DNA of 64,000 bases from Fonticula alba ATCC 38817 (lineage: Eukaryota > Protista > Nucleariida), in NCBI GenBank assembly GCA_000388065.2, contig KB932209.1. One strand, written 5' to 3'. This document shows positions 1 through 12,741 of the stretch, piece by piece. The position numbers and the translations under genes are program-made. Each line of letters begins with the position of its first letter. Positions within the stretch are counted from its first letter, which is position 1. The notes under the pieces were generated by a model. It was not told the origin of the DNA and ran no database searches. It saw only the letters and a list, made by a program, of their open reading frames with translations.

Positions 1-243
1 CGATGGCGCGTCTCCACCACTTCTCAAGGCATCTGACTGCCGCCCCCTCCCGCCTCCCCCTTTCCACTCTCGCACGCATCCTCCCCTTGCCCCCTGCCCT
101 CTTTCCCCTCCCCTCCCTGCCCCCGCCCTTCCACTCTTCCTCGCTCCATTCGACACCGGGATCTTCCATCCTTGAGCACCTGCTGTTGGCCGTGTTTCCC
201 AGTGCGGCCCCGTTTCCCATCCTGCCCCTCGGTTTTTGGCGTT

Positions 244-273
244 TTGCTCGCTCTCGCTCTCGCTCTCGCTCTC

Positions 274-304
<31 letters not shown>

Positions 305-559
305 TCCCGCGCGCGTGCGCGCGTGTAAGCACCCTTTGTCACTGGTGATCTAACCCGGACGAGCTGCCCGCACCTCCGCGCCACTCCGCAGCTCCATGCG
401 TTGACCCGGACGTGTCCTCTCTTCCGCACGGGTGTTCCTTCGTCCTCCTGTGAGCGCGCGTGCGCCTGACGCCCGCCGCCCCATCCCCCCCCCCCTCATT
501 GCCCTGGGCCTCCCTATCCGGCCGCCAGAGCGAGAGCGAGAGCGAGAGCCAGCGAGCAA
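244..559. repeat. Imperfect inverted repeat upstream of the PTP gene
   Basis: TTGCTCGCT (244-252) pairs with AGCGAGCAA (551-559). GCTCTCGCTCTCGCTCTCGCTCT (256-278) pairs with AGAGCGAGAGCGAGAGCGAGAGC (527-549). Confidence 0.7.
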
Positions 560-626
560 CCGAGGGACCTAGCAAAAGAGAGCTCGCCTCGCTCCTGGCG
601 CGTCCCCCGACACGACCGCCACTCGT

Positions 627-3545
627 ATGCCCGCACAACTCCCAGTCGCCTTGTTCCCGCCAGCCTCGACGTCATCCCCCGGGGAACAGATCCTCCTCGA
701 CGCCGACCCCGAGGGCCCGGACAGGCAGCCGTCATCATCGCAGCCGCCACCCCCCCCGCAGCGCCTTTCCCCCACTTCGCGGTCCCTCTTTCACGCGACT
801 CCGTCGCCGCCGCCGCTGGCCGGCGTCAACGGCGTCGTGCCCGCCCCCGTGCCCGCCCCGGTTCCCCTGGCCATCGCTCCCTTCCCCGCTGAGCCCCTCT
901 CGCCGAAGCCCGAGGCCGCGGCCCTAGACCCGGCCGCTCCGTCCCTGCCTGCCGGCCGGTCGGCTTCTCCGTCGACTTCGCTGTCGCGCTCGCCCTCGCG
1001 CGCCACGCTTGCCCTCGCCACCGGCCATTGCGCCGCCAAGGCTCCATCCTCGGGTCCGCCCCAGCCGGTGGCCGTCGCCTCCGCACGCGCTCCGCCCCCC
1101 CCGCCGCCACCCACGAGCGCCCTTTTCTCGCCCTCTCGTGGGGGTCCCGGTGGTTCGGTCTCGAGCTTTGACTTTCCCCTCTCGCCCAGGCTTCCGCCGC
1201 GTCCGCAAACGGGTGCTGCTGCTGCCGCCGCTGCCGCCGCCGCCGCCGCTGCCGCCACTGCCGCTGCCGCTGCCGCTGCCGCTGCCACCCCTTCCGAGCC
1301 CTTTTCCCCGCCCCTGGGTGCTGCCGGCCCCGCGGATCGCCGTCGGAGCTTCAGTTCCGCTCGTCCGTATTTGATTTTCGACAGCGACTCCGCCCCCTCC
1401 GCCCCCTCCGCCCCCTCGGCCGGTGCCGGAGCCGCTGCCGCCAGTGCCTCGGCGCCCTTCTTCTCCAAGCCGGTCCCCTGTGCCTTTTCCTCGCCACAAA
1501 TCTCCGGTGCCCCGTACCAGCCGGAAACCCCGAAGCCCAACGCGGCCCCCGGCATCGACGCTCTCCAGGCCAAGCTTTCGGCCGTGATCGCCGAGTCGGC
1601 CGGGCTCAACTCCTCGCACGGCGCCCTCCCCGCCGAGCACCAGACCCCCTTCGTCGGGACCTCGGCCGCGGCTTCGATCAACAGCCCCTCAGCCTTCGGC
1701 CTGGTGCCGGCCAACGCCGGGGCCTTCTCGCTCAACTCGCCCGGCCTCGAGACGCCGGTCATCTCCTCCTCCTCCGCGAGCTTTGTCGGCGGTCACAACG
1801 GCCACCTCGCTGGCGGTAGCAACGGCAGTCTCGGCAGCACGGGCGCCGGGGGCCCCGGCTTCTACGACTCCACGCCGCGCATCTCCAACGACGGCGGCCC
1901 GACCGGCCAGCGTCCTCTCCTCTTTGCCGGGTCGCTGACCAGCCTCTTCCAACGCACGCGCAGCGTCACCGACCTCGACAAGCTCCCCGAGTGCCCGGAC
2001 ACCGTGTCCGTTCGCCGGGCCAGCAGTTCGGCTTCCTCCCTGCACACCGAGCCGGGGCTCGTGTCGCCCGGGGGTCCGTCCCTGTCGTCGCTCAGCCTCC
2101 CGGAAATCGGTCTCTCTCCGGGCCCCGGGCTTCAGGCTCCTGTGTCGCCGCCGCCACCACCGGCGTCGGATCTTTCCGCTTCCTTGGCCGCCCTGGCTGC
2201 CGGGCTTTCTCCCGAGCCGTATCGCCTGCCGGCTGGGGCGTCCCCCCCTCGCGCGGCCGCTGCTCCCGTCTCACCGGGGCCCCTCTCCCCGAACGCCCCA
2301 CCCAGTGCCGGGGACTACTCGGTGCATTCGTTTGCCCCCTCGCCGACGGCCGCCACCGCCACCGCCACCGCCACCGCCACCACCACCGCTGCTGGTGCGG
2401 GCGCGAGTGCGGGTGCTGCTGCTGCCGCCGCCGCTGCCGCCGCTGCTGTCGTTGTCGCCGCCGCCGCCGCTGCTGCTGCCGCCGCCGCTGTTGCCGCCAC
2501 CGCCCCGGACTTCGGCTCGGCGAGCCCGCCCACTCCGCGCCTGAATCACCTTCTCTCGTACGAGCCAGCCAACCACGCGGCCATTCTCCCGACGGCCCTC
2601 TTTTGACCTGTCCTCGCTTCTTCGGGCTTGCCCGGGTCATCGGTGGCCCGGTCTTGCCCCTTTCCGGCTGCCTGTCGCATTCCCGTCCGCGGGCCTAACG
2701 ATTTGTCTGTCTCTCCCCGCTGCAGGCCGCACCACGCCGGCCCGCCATCGCATCGTTCCCTCTCGGCATCTGCTGGCGGCCTTTTTGACCCCCTCTCCCC
2801 GGGATCGCCTGGTGGTTTGGTTGCCCCCTCCTCGAGCCAGTTGCTGCTGCTGCAGGAATCCCCCCGGGCGCCGGCAGCCCGCGCGGACAGTTCGCTCTCC
2901 CCCCTGGCGCTGACCGGGCCCGCTGGCACGACGGCGGACGTCACGCCCACCCCCCTGCTGCTGTCATCGGCCTCCGGTGTCGCCCTCAGCGGCGAGTCCT
3001 CTGTCGCTCCGGTGGACGCTCTCAACCAGCTGGCCCTGGACGAGAAGCCCGCTTCCCCCTTGCGACTTTCGTCATCGGCGGCCCCGCCGGTGAACAGCCC
3101 GCTCTCGCACGCGCCGCCCTCTCCGCTGCTTGACAGCGTCGAGGCCCGTTCGCCGGCCGTGCGCCGCTCTCTCTCTTCGCACAAGGCGCTGGCGGCCCTG
3201 GCGTCAGCCGGCTCCCCCTCCGCCGCCCCGGCCGGTGGCTCTCCCAGCGCGGTTGCCGCTGCGGTTGCCGCCGCCACCGTCGCCGGGCAGGCTCCATTCC
3301 GTCGGCGCTCGGACCGGTCGGTTTCGCGCGACCTCGGCGCCGTAAGTAAGTCCCGCTCTGGGCCGCGCTCGGGTTCGGGATCGCCCTCCTCGCCGCCGCC
3401 GCCGCCGCCGCCACCGCCGCCGCCGCCGCCCCCGGCGTCCTTGTCCTTCTCCTGCTCCTCTTCCACTTCCTCCCTGTCGTCCCTGGCCGCGGCACCCCCG
3501 TGCAGGGCATCCACATCCGCCAGCCAGACCCCGACAGTAGGGCAT

Positions 3546-3579
<34 letters not shown>

Positions 3580-5331
3580 TGCCGCCGCAGCTCCTGTTGC
3601 AGCTCCAGCAGCAGCAACTCCATCACCTCTCTAGCTTCACACACGCCCCTCGGTCATCCAGTCGGCCGGCGTTCAGCCCCGTCGCCAGCATGTCCTCCAT
3701 GCCGTCCGGGCTGCCGCCTCCCTCTTCCTCCTCCTCCTCCTCCTCGGCGACCTCCTCCATGAATGCCGTCTCTTCACATTCCTCGGCTCCGGTGGGTTCC
3801 GGAGAGCCGGCCGCTGGCACGTCGTCGGCCCGCGATCGGCGCAACCGCACCCACCTCCGCCTGTCCTCCCGCTTGGGGCTCTATACGCACCGGATTTCCT
3901 CGCTGCCCGAGTCTCGGCCAGATGACATCACCCTGGCGGAAATTTGTTCCAGGCTGTGGGCCTCGAAGAGCCCTCTGCCTGGGGGCTTCCCCGGGGCGGG
4001 GGCCGGATCCGGGCCCGGGGTGCATTCTTCCCCCCGGCATGGCGGCCACCACCCGGTCCCGGGGGGACGCCGTTCTTCTTCCTGCTCCTCGGGGGGCTCC
4101 TGCTCGTCTGGTGCCATGAGTGGGTCTGATTGCTCGGATTCGGAAATGCTGGCGGCCGATGCGGTGGCACCGCTCCCGGCCACGGCATCGGCCGGGCTGG
4201 TCCCGTATGCGCGTACCTCGCCCTCTTCCTCGACCGGGTCCGGCGATTCGATGTGTCTCTCGGAGCCGGACTCCCCGCAGGCGGCCATCATCAGCGCCGG
4301 GGCGGCGCTGAGTTCCGTCTTGGAGGAGCTGGACCCGGCCTCTGCGGCCACCGGCGGCGGCGCCTCCGCCGACGAGCAGCCGGAGTTGGATTACGTGCCG
4401 CTCTCCCTGCGCCGAGCCCTGCCGCATGACATCAGCATCCCGTCCATGTACATGCAGTTGCCGTCGGAGAACATTGACCACCCTTCGTACCAGGCGTGGA
4501 TTGACTGGACGTGCAGCGGGGCCCCGGCCGGGCGACGCCCGGCACAGTCTTCGGCCTCCGCCCAGCGGCCAACCTACCAGCAGAAGAACATTGAGCGCAT
4601 TCGCAACTTCAACCGCTACACCAACATCATCCCCTGTGCGTTTCTTGCTGCATTGCCGAGGGGGCTTTGATCTGCGCGTTTCCCTCTCTCCCCCCCTTCC
4701 CCTCTCTCCCCCCTTCCCCTCTCTCTTACTAACTCCTCTGCGTGTGCGTGTGCGTGTATGCATCCGTGTGTGCCCCCATCCAATCGTGTCCTGTGCTCGG
4801 TCCCGTCCGCTTCCCCTCGGCGGTTCGCAGTCGAGCATACGCGCATCCGTCTTCGCGGGCCGGGGATCCGGTCATTCGATGCTCCACCGGCGCGGCACTC
4901 CTTCTCCGGGCCGACGGGCCGGCAGGCCGGGCCACCCACCCCCTTGACCTTGACCCTGGCCACGCATCCCGAGGCCATGCCGGAGTCGCCGCTCTTTGCC
5001 AATTCGCCGCCCTTCCCGCCGGTTGACTCGACCGAGCCATCGCCGATGGCCACCGACCCGCCGGCGACGGTGGCCGCCCCTGCCGCCAGCCCGGATCCCA
5101 AGCGCGCGTCGGCCGTCTCGCCTGCCGGAGCCTCCTCCTCGCGGCCGACTCTCTTCCGCCGGCGTGTCAGCCTGCCAGTCACATCGTCTCTGCACCCTCC
5201 GCCCGGGACCCTGTCCAAGCTGTCGGCTCCGACGGTCTCGACACAGGGTCTGCAGGCTCTCACCTCTGCGGCGGAGCCATTTGTCCCGATGGCCAGCGAC
5301 TACATCAATGCCAATTGGCTGACGGTGCGTG

Positions 5332-5362
<31 letters not shown>

Positions 5363-8018
5363 CCCCCCCCCCGCAGGATGCTCGGTCTGCCGTGTGCTCG
5401 GGGACTAACTCTCTCTCGCCTCCTGCCTCCCCCGCTCGCCGACCGGCTTTTCTGTGCATAGTTCCCGGGTAACCCGCAGAAGTACATCGCCACGCAGGGG
5501 CCCCTGCCGACCACCTTCGGTGCCTTCTGGCGCATGACTCGCCAGGAGGAGGTCCGAGTGATTGTCATGCTGACCAGCTTGCGGGAGAATGGCTTCGTAC
5601 GTCCCGGCCAACGCCCCCTTTCCCGGGCAATCATCCGCCCTCTCCCCCCCCCCCCCCCCCCTGNNNNNNNNNNNNNNNNNNNNNNNNNNNNNNNNNCCTC
5701 TGTCTCTGTATGCGTATCCATGCGTATGTATGCGTATGTATGCGTATGTATGCGTATGTATGTATATATGTGGTATGTCGAGGTGCGATGAGGTGATGGC
5801 CATGTACAACGCCGCTCTTCCAGCCACCGCACCCGCCCCCACCCGGCTTCTCCCGGCCTGGCGGCCGGCCCCACCCCCGGCCTTGCCCCCGCCCCCCCCC
5901 CCCCCCATGTGCTCGCACACATGGGTGTGGGCGCCCGCGTGTGCGATCTGGCTGACACAATGCGCTCGGCACAATGTCTCTCTCTCTCTCTCTCTCTCTC
6001 TCCCTCCCCCCGGACATTGCTTCCTCACTGCCAGGTCAAGTGCCATGTGTACTGGCCAACCGAGAAGGGCCGCCGAGAGGTGTACTCGCTGGACAGCTCG
6101 CACAAGACCTCCAGCACCCCGCAGGATGCCGACTTCCATGCCGGCGGGACGTCCCCCCTGGATGGCTCTGGAACTGGGGGCTCGGCCAGCTCCACCTCCT
6201 CGTCGTCCACTTGGCGCTCGATGCGGAGCATCCTCCGACGCGCATCCATCCCCACCAACTCGGCCTCCTGTGTGCCCTTCAGTCGCCGGGGGAGTGTCAC
6301 CGATGAGGGCGGCCCTCAGCAGGGGTCCGCCTCCCTGCGGTCCCCCTCATCGGCCTCCTCCTCCAATTCGTCCATCTCGCCGGGGGGGGCTCCCTTCTCA
6401 CCGGCCTCCGGCGGGTGGGAGGCGCCCAAGCACCCGCCCCTCCCGCCGAACAAGATCGCCGTCACCCTGTTGGAGGAGCGCCACTTCACCAATTACACGG
6501 TCCACCTGTTCGAGGTACGCGCGTGATGCATGTGTTCTGCGGCTCATCCGTGTGTGTGTGTGTGTGCGTGTGTGTGTGTCCTCTTTGGCGCTGACTCTGG
6601 CCAACTCCCGACGTGTGCGCCCTGTGGTACCCTCCCTTTTCCGGCTCGGCTGCGCCAGATCGAGGACAATGAGTTTGTCCCGGCCGCCGAGCGCAGCTAC
6701 CCCGGGCAGACCCGCGTGGTTCGTCACCGGACGGCCCACATCCAGTACACCACCTGGCCGGACCACTCGACCCCGTCCAGTTGCGTGGACTTCTTGGAGC
6801 TCCTGTCCGTGGCGCGGTCGTATCAGCAGCCGCGGACTCGCATCGCCGGGTACCAGCTGGGTCCGGTTTTGCCCGACGGCGAATCCGGCCCGGACTCGCA
6901 GCAAGCCTCGTCATCCGGTGGCGGCGGGCCCGGCTCCAGTGCCAGCGGCGGCGGGTACCAGCTGCCGCCGATCGTGGTGCATTGCAGTGCCGGCTGCGGC
7001 CGGACGGGTGTCTTCGCGGCCACCGACACGGCCTTGCAGTTGCTGGACTGCGCGGCTGACGAGGCCGATCGCATTTCCAGCCAGCTGGCCCCGCAGTCCA
7101 ACCGGCCCCGGTCCGAGCGCCAGGCCATGGCCGATGCTCTGCAGGTGGCCCAGGTCCCCGTGACCCTGGCCCTGCTGGAGGACCGGGACTCCCGGCCGGG
7201 GGAGCGGGACGCCATCCATGGCCAGGACCTGCCGGTGTTGTCGCGCGAGGTCCCCAGCGATTTCCTCCACCAGCTCCGCACGACGGGATTCCTGCAGCCC
7301 GATGGCCGGGTCCGTTTGCCGGACATCCCCCTGAGCCCGCTAGATGTGGCCAGTTGTCAGGATCCCTTGGCGTACTTGCTGTTCCGTATTGTCCGTCGAT
7401 TCCGCCTTCAGCGGATTGGCATCGTCCAAACCTATGTGCGTCCGGGTTTGCTTTTTTTTCTCCTTCGGCTTTCCCCCGCGCGCGGGCATATGTGCTGTGC
7501 TGTGCTGTGCTGTGCTGTGCTGTGCTGTGCTGTGCTGTGCTGTGCTGTGTGTGTGTGTATGGACCAGCTTCCGGCATCTCCTGACCCTCTGTCCGCCCGT
7601 GTGTGACGACCTACAGCCGCAATTCCGCTTCTGCTATCAGGCCCTGTGCGATGGGCTGTCCTTGGCGGCCATGGCGCCGGTGCCGGCTCCGAGGCCGGCT
7701 GGTGCGGACGAGCTTGACCTGGCGGCACACGGCGCGCCAGGAAGTAGCTCGGCCCCCGGCGGTGGGCGCGCCGGTGCTCGTCGGCAACTTTCCCTCTCGC
7801 ATCAGCACCGCCTTTTCTCGAGGCTGCACGCATCTGGCACCCCCGGGGGCGGCCCTGGGGCTGGCCCCGGGGCCGGGCTCTTGCAGGGCGACCTCTTTGA
7901 CGACAGCTTCGAATTCGATGAGGGGGACACGTTCGACAACAAGGACCACCAGTCGTTCATCCTCCATCAGCACCCGAAGTCCCCGTCCAATCCCTCGTCC
8001 TCCCTCAATGACCGCTGA
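627..8018 (+). CDS. Classical (non-receptor) protein-tyrosine phosphatase with a ~1300-aa Ser/Pro/Ala-rich N-terminus; 7 exons
   Basis: Hand-spliced exons: 627-2557, 2726-4635, 4831-5324, 5462-5596, 6035-6514, 6659-7435, 7617-8018. All are GT-AG and in frame. Splicing assembles the PTP motifs in order: NRYTNIIP|[25 protein letters not shown]...FWRM, IVML, KCHVYWP, WPDH, the active site [10 protein letters not shown] (6980-7009) and the Q-loop IVQTY|[10 protein letters not shown]. Confidence 0.93.
7491..7548 (+). repeat. (TGTGC)n pentanucleotide microsatellite in PTP intron 6
   Basis: Direct reading of the tandem tgtgc array. Confidence 0.9.
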
Positions 8019-8387
8019 GTGATGCGACCGCCGGGGGCGGGCCGGGCGAGAGGCGCCCCCCGCCGCGTGCGGTTTGATCGCCGGGCCGGGGACCCCGCGA
8101 AGCCCCAGGCATTTGAGGGGGCACCTGGCTCGGTTGCTCCCTCGCCTGGGTGCCTGTTCGCGCGCTGGCCCTGTCAAATATACCCATCCACCGTCCGATT
8201 ATTGGGAGTCGATGCCGACGGCTGCATCCCATCATGGCATCTCGCTCGGGTCTGTCCCCCCTCATTTTCTGCCTCTCCCTGTCCTCCTCTTTCTCTTGCT
8301 CTCTGGCGCTCGGTCTCGGCCTGGGCAGGGGCGTCTATTCGAGGGGGGGGGGGGGGGGGGAGGCGTCGTTTGGCCACGTCCCCCCTG

Positions 8388-11300
8388 TCAGCGCCCTGGG
8401 GTCTCGAAGGGAGGGGCGTCAGCCTCTGGAGGTGTCGGGCCAGACACGCTGGCCGCTGAGCCCGTCCATGGCAACAGCGGCTGCTGATGCAAGCCAACCA
8501 CCAGGCTCCGTGAGGTGAGTGATTCCCGATCCCAGTAGACCCCGATCAGGCTGTCCGCGCGGGCATAGGTCCGTGGCCGGAGGGAAATTTGCACAACTTG
8601 CTGGGGGAGATCCTCGGCTACGAGACCGCCGGCCGCACGCACAACAGAATTGACTCTATCCTGCTGGGCCTGCGCCGGCGTCGGTGGCTCTGGCTCGGCC
8701 GGGTCGACTGGGGCGGCCGGAGCCGGCAAGACCGACTCCCGCGACCGGTAATACAGGAAGCGAGTAAGCTACGCCAGGATGCCATGGGGGAGTGCAGGCA
8801 CGAGGAAGGGTCAGCGAGCATGCACATACGAGTCGAGTCGAGTCGAGCGAGAGAGAGAGAGGGAGAGAGGGAGAGAGGTGGGCCAACCGAGCAGGGCATG
8901 TGCTCCGCGCGGCGCACCTTGGCCACGTTGGCCGCATCCAACGCCGCGTCCACCTCATCCATGACGGTGAAGAGCGGTCCGCCGGGCAGCGGGGCCAGGA
9001 GACCCGTCTCGCCGTGGTCCGTGCCCGGGTCGGTATCGGATGCGAGGTCCAGCCGGTGGAGGGTGGCCTCCAGCTCGGCCACCGTCCCCGGCAGGGGGAC
9101 CGGCGCCATAGGTGCCATGCTCTGGACGATGGTGTCGGCATCGGCGGTGGAAAGCAGCTCCGGCGTCGGGGCCAATGAAGCCGCTTGCACGGAGAAGAGC
9201 AGGGCCAGCGCGGCGAGCGACCTCTCCCCACCGGACAGCGACGCCACCGGGGTGTAACCCTTCCCCGGTGGCCGGAGCTCATAGCGCAGGGCTCCGAGAT
9301 ACGGCTCGTCCGGGTTATCGACCACCAGCCGGGCGTCGGCCTGCTGGGCTGCGGTCTCCTGGAGGAAGGCCGACCCTTCCGGCGCCGTGGCCCCAGCCAC
9401 GGTGGCCTGGGTCAGGGCTCGGTATGTGGGCGACAGACGTGCCAGCACGCGCTGCAGTGCCTCGCCGAAAAGACATTGCCTGGAATGTCCAAGGTGTGAG
9501 CCATGTGGCCGCCGTGCGTGGCCGATGGGAGCACATGCACCCGTGCAGGTGCATGAAAAAGAGGAGGGGCGGCAAAAACAAAAGAGGGGCAAATCCCCCC
9601 CCTCGAGCCTGGCGTACCGGATGCTCTTCCACCGGTCAAAACGCCGCCGGTGGGTCTCGAATTCGGCTCGCAAGCGAGCCGACTCGGCGCTGGCCGTCTC
9701 GGCCTCTTCGCGCAGGGTCCGGAGCCTACCATGGTGCAGGTGCGATCGAGCAAGGGAAAGTAGCGAGGCGCGGCAGNNNNNNNNNNNNNNNNNNNNNNNN
9801 NNNNNNNNNNNNNNNNNNNNNNNNNNNNNNNNNNNNNNNNNNNNNNNNNNNNNNNNNNNNNNNNNNNNNNNNNNNNNNNNNNNNNNNNNNNNNNNNNNNN
9901 NNNNNNNNNNNNNNNNNNNNNNNNNNNNNNNNNNNNNNNNNNNNNNNNNNNNNNNNNNNNNNNNNNNNNNNNNNNNNNNNNNNNNNNNNNNNNNNNNNNN
10001 NNNNNNGCGCCACCGGAAGACTCGATGCGCTGGTCCAGGTCCAGGAGCTCACGCTGCAGTGCGGCCGCCGAGAACCCCTCGTCTGGCTGGAGGGCAGGGC
10101 TGACCTCCAGTCCTGAACAAGCCGCCTCGAGGACCGTGTCATCGGGGATCAACTGCCGATTGCCCGGGAGGGGGAAGGGCGGGTGCGAGGGCGAGCATGG
10201 CCGGTTAGTTTGAGGCGCCGACAGGCAGCAGGACGCCAAACGGCAGGCAACAAGGGACGGACGAGTGGCCCGCTTGTCGAGGAGCAGGGGGGGGGGGGGG
10301 GAACCTGTGACGAGTCGAAGTCCATGCGACTCGGATCGGTGAGCGGGATGTCGACATTCTCCAGCCGACACTTGCGGAGCAGCGAGTACAGCTGGAGACG
10401 TGCCCGCCGCAGGGAGGAGTCCTAGGTCATGCGGTGGGGATCAGCGCGGAGAGGAGAATGGTCTTAGAAGATAGACACCCGGGATGACAAGGTTGGGAAA
10501 GGCCCAGCCAAAGGGGGGCGCGGGGACGGAGCGGCATGTGCCGCGTCAGGACGCACCGCTGCCGACATGAGGATCGTCACCGAGGCCAGAGCGTCTTGGG
10601 CCAGGGCCTCGGCAGCGGCTTCGGTCGCCTGGGCGTCGGCCGCCTCCAGGGCGGCCGCCAGGTCGGCTGCCTCGCGATCGGCCTCTCGGCTTTCGGCCGT
10701 CGCCTGAAGGATTGCCCGGTGCAGGGAGCCCCCCTCCGCGACGGCCTCCTGCTGGGCGCGAACGGCGCCCTTGGCCGCACGATACTCCTGGCGCAGAGCG
10801 TCGGCCGCCTGGCGAGCCCGCTGTGCGGCGGCCTCCTCGGCCGACAGGAGGGTCTCAAGGTTCTCCTTGACCCGCTCGAAGGAGGCCCGCGCGTCGACGC
10901 TCCGCGCCGTGGCCAGGGCCTGCGCACGGTCCAGGTCGCCGACCGATTCGAAGCCGAGCTGCCGGCAAAATTCTTCGAAGCATCGCCCGGACGTCCGGCG
11001 GCCGAAGTCAGGACCAGCCCGGCAGGAGGGGGCGGCGCAGAAAGAAAGCTGCACATGGAGGGCTACACCGTACCGGGGGGGAAAAAGCGAAGCTCTTCGC
11101 GGGACATTTCGGCGCGCAAATTGTCGCGCCGCGCCTCCAGCTGCATTGCTGCGTGTTAGTATCCGGCCAGGAGACGGGCCATTCCGCAGGCAGCGGCCCG
11201 GCCACCAGACACATAGATGTGCGTGTCTCGGAGGACGGGGGACGGGGGGGGGCGGGAAAAAAAAAGGAGGATCCACACACATACCTCGGCTAGTGGAGCA

Positions 11301-12679
11301 CCAAAGGCCGTTTGGTGCTCGGCCGTCAGGCGCTCTAGGCGTCGCGCGTGCCGGGCCGCCTCGGCTGACAGGCGGTCGGCCGTCAGGCGCAAGTCCGTCG
11401 CCCGGTGCTGGGCCACGGCCAGCGCTCGCTTTGAAAGGCTCAATTGCAGGGGCCGGGCCTCGGTGGCCGGACCGCCGGCCGGGGCTCCAGCCGTCGATTC
11501 TTGCTCCGCGAGGTCGGACAGAGCCTCAAAGCACTCGGAGAGGATGACCTCGCGGCGCATCTGCGTGGCCTTCAGGCGCTCCAGCAGCTGGGCCCGGTAC
11601 TCGGGGGTGACCTGCTCGTCTGGCGGAAGGCGGGGGGGGGGGNNNNNNNNNNNNNNNNNNNNNNNNNNNNNNNNNNNNNNNNNNNNNNNNNNNNNNNNNN
11701 NNNNNNNNNNNNNNNNNNNNNNNNNNNNNNNNNNNNNNNNNNNNNNNNNNNNNNNNNNNNNNNNNNNNNNNNNNNNNNNNNNNNNNNNNNNNNNNNNNNN
11801 NNNNNNNNNNNNNNNNNNNNNNNNNNNNNNNNNNNNNNNNNNNNNNNNNNNNNNNNNNNNNNNNNNNNNNNNNNNNNNNNNNNNNNNNNNNNNNNNNNNN
11901 NNNNNNNNNNNNNNNNNNNNNNNNNNNNNNNNNNNNNNNNNNNNNNNNNNNNNNNNNNNNNNNNNNNNNNNNNNNNNNNNNNNNNNNNNNNNNNNNNNNN
12001 NNNNNNNNNNNNNNNNNNNNNNNNNNNNNNNNNNNNNNNNNNNNNNNGATATGCCCAGCGGGCATTGCGGCCCCCGGCGCGGAGGGATATCCCCGGATCG
12101 GGCCTTCCGGGGTAACGAAGCCGGTCAAGCGGCAGGAAGGTGGCCGCCCCGGCGCGGCGCTCGCGCAGGAAGTCCATGCACCGGCTGGCGATGTCGGTCG
12201 TATCGACGACAATGCCCTCGGCCAGCGGGCCGAGGACTGCCCGCAGGGCCGGCCCGTAGCGTTCTCGAGCCACGACCAGCTCCCGCAGAGGCCCATAAAC
12301 GCAGCCGCCCCCGGCCGAGGTGCCCGGAGGGCCGTCGGGGCCGGATTCTCTCGGCCGGGTCGACTGAGCCGACGCCAGCCGGTAGGACGCCTGGGCGTGG
12401 GCATCTGCCGGAGGGTACATCGTCCGTAGCCGACTAATGGTCTCGGCCAGCCGGGTTCGCTGGTCTCGATCCTGCGCCTGCTCGGCCACCGCAGCCAGCT
12501 GTGTGGCCACAGTCGCAGAGGGCGAGAGAGGGCGAGAGGTAGAGAGAGAGAGAGAGAGAGAGAGGGATGGAGAGGGAAGCCACCCGGCCATCAGGCAGGC
12601 GGGCGCCGTTCGAAGGAGGGAGAGACCGCGTGCGCGGAAATATGCGTGTGTGAGAGAGAAAGAGAGAGAGAGAAAGAGA

Positions 12680-12741
<62 letters not shown>

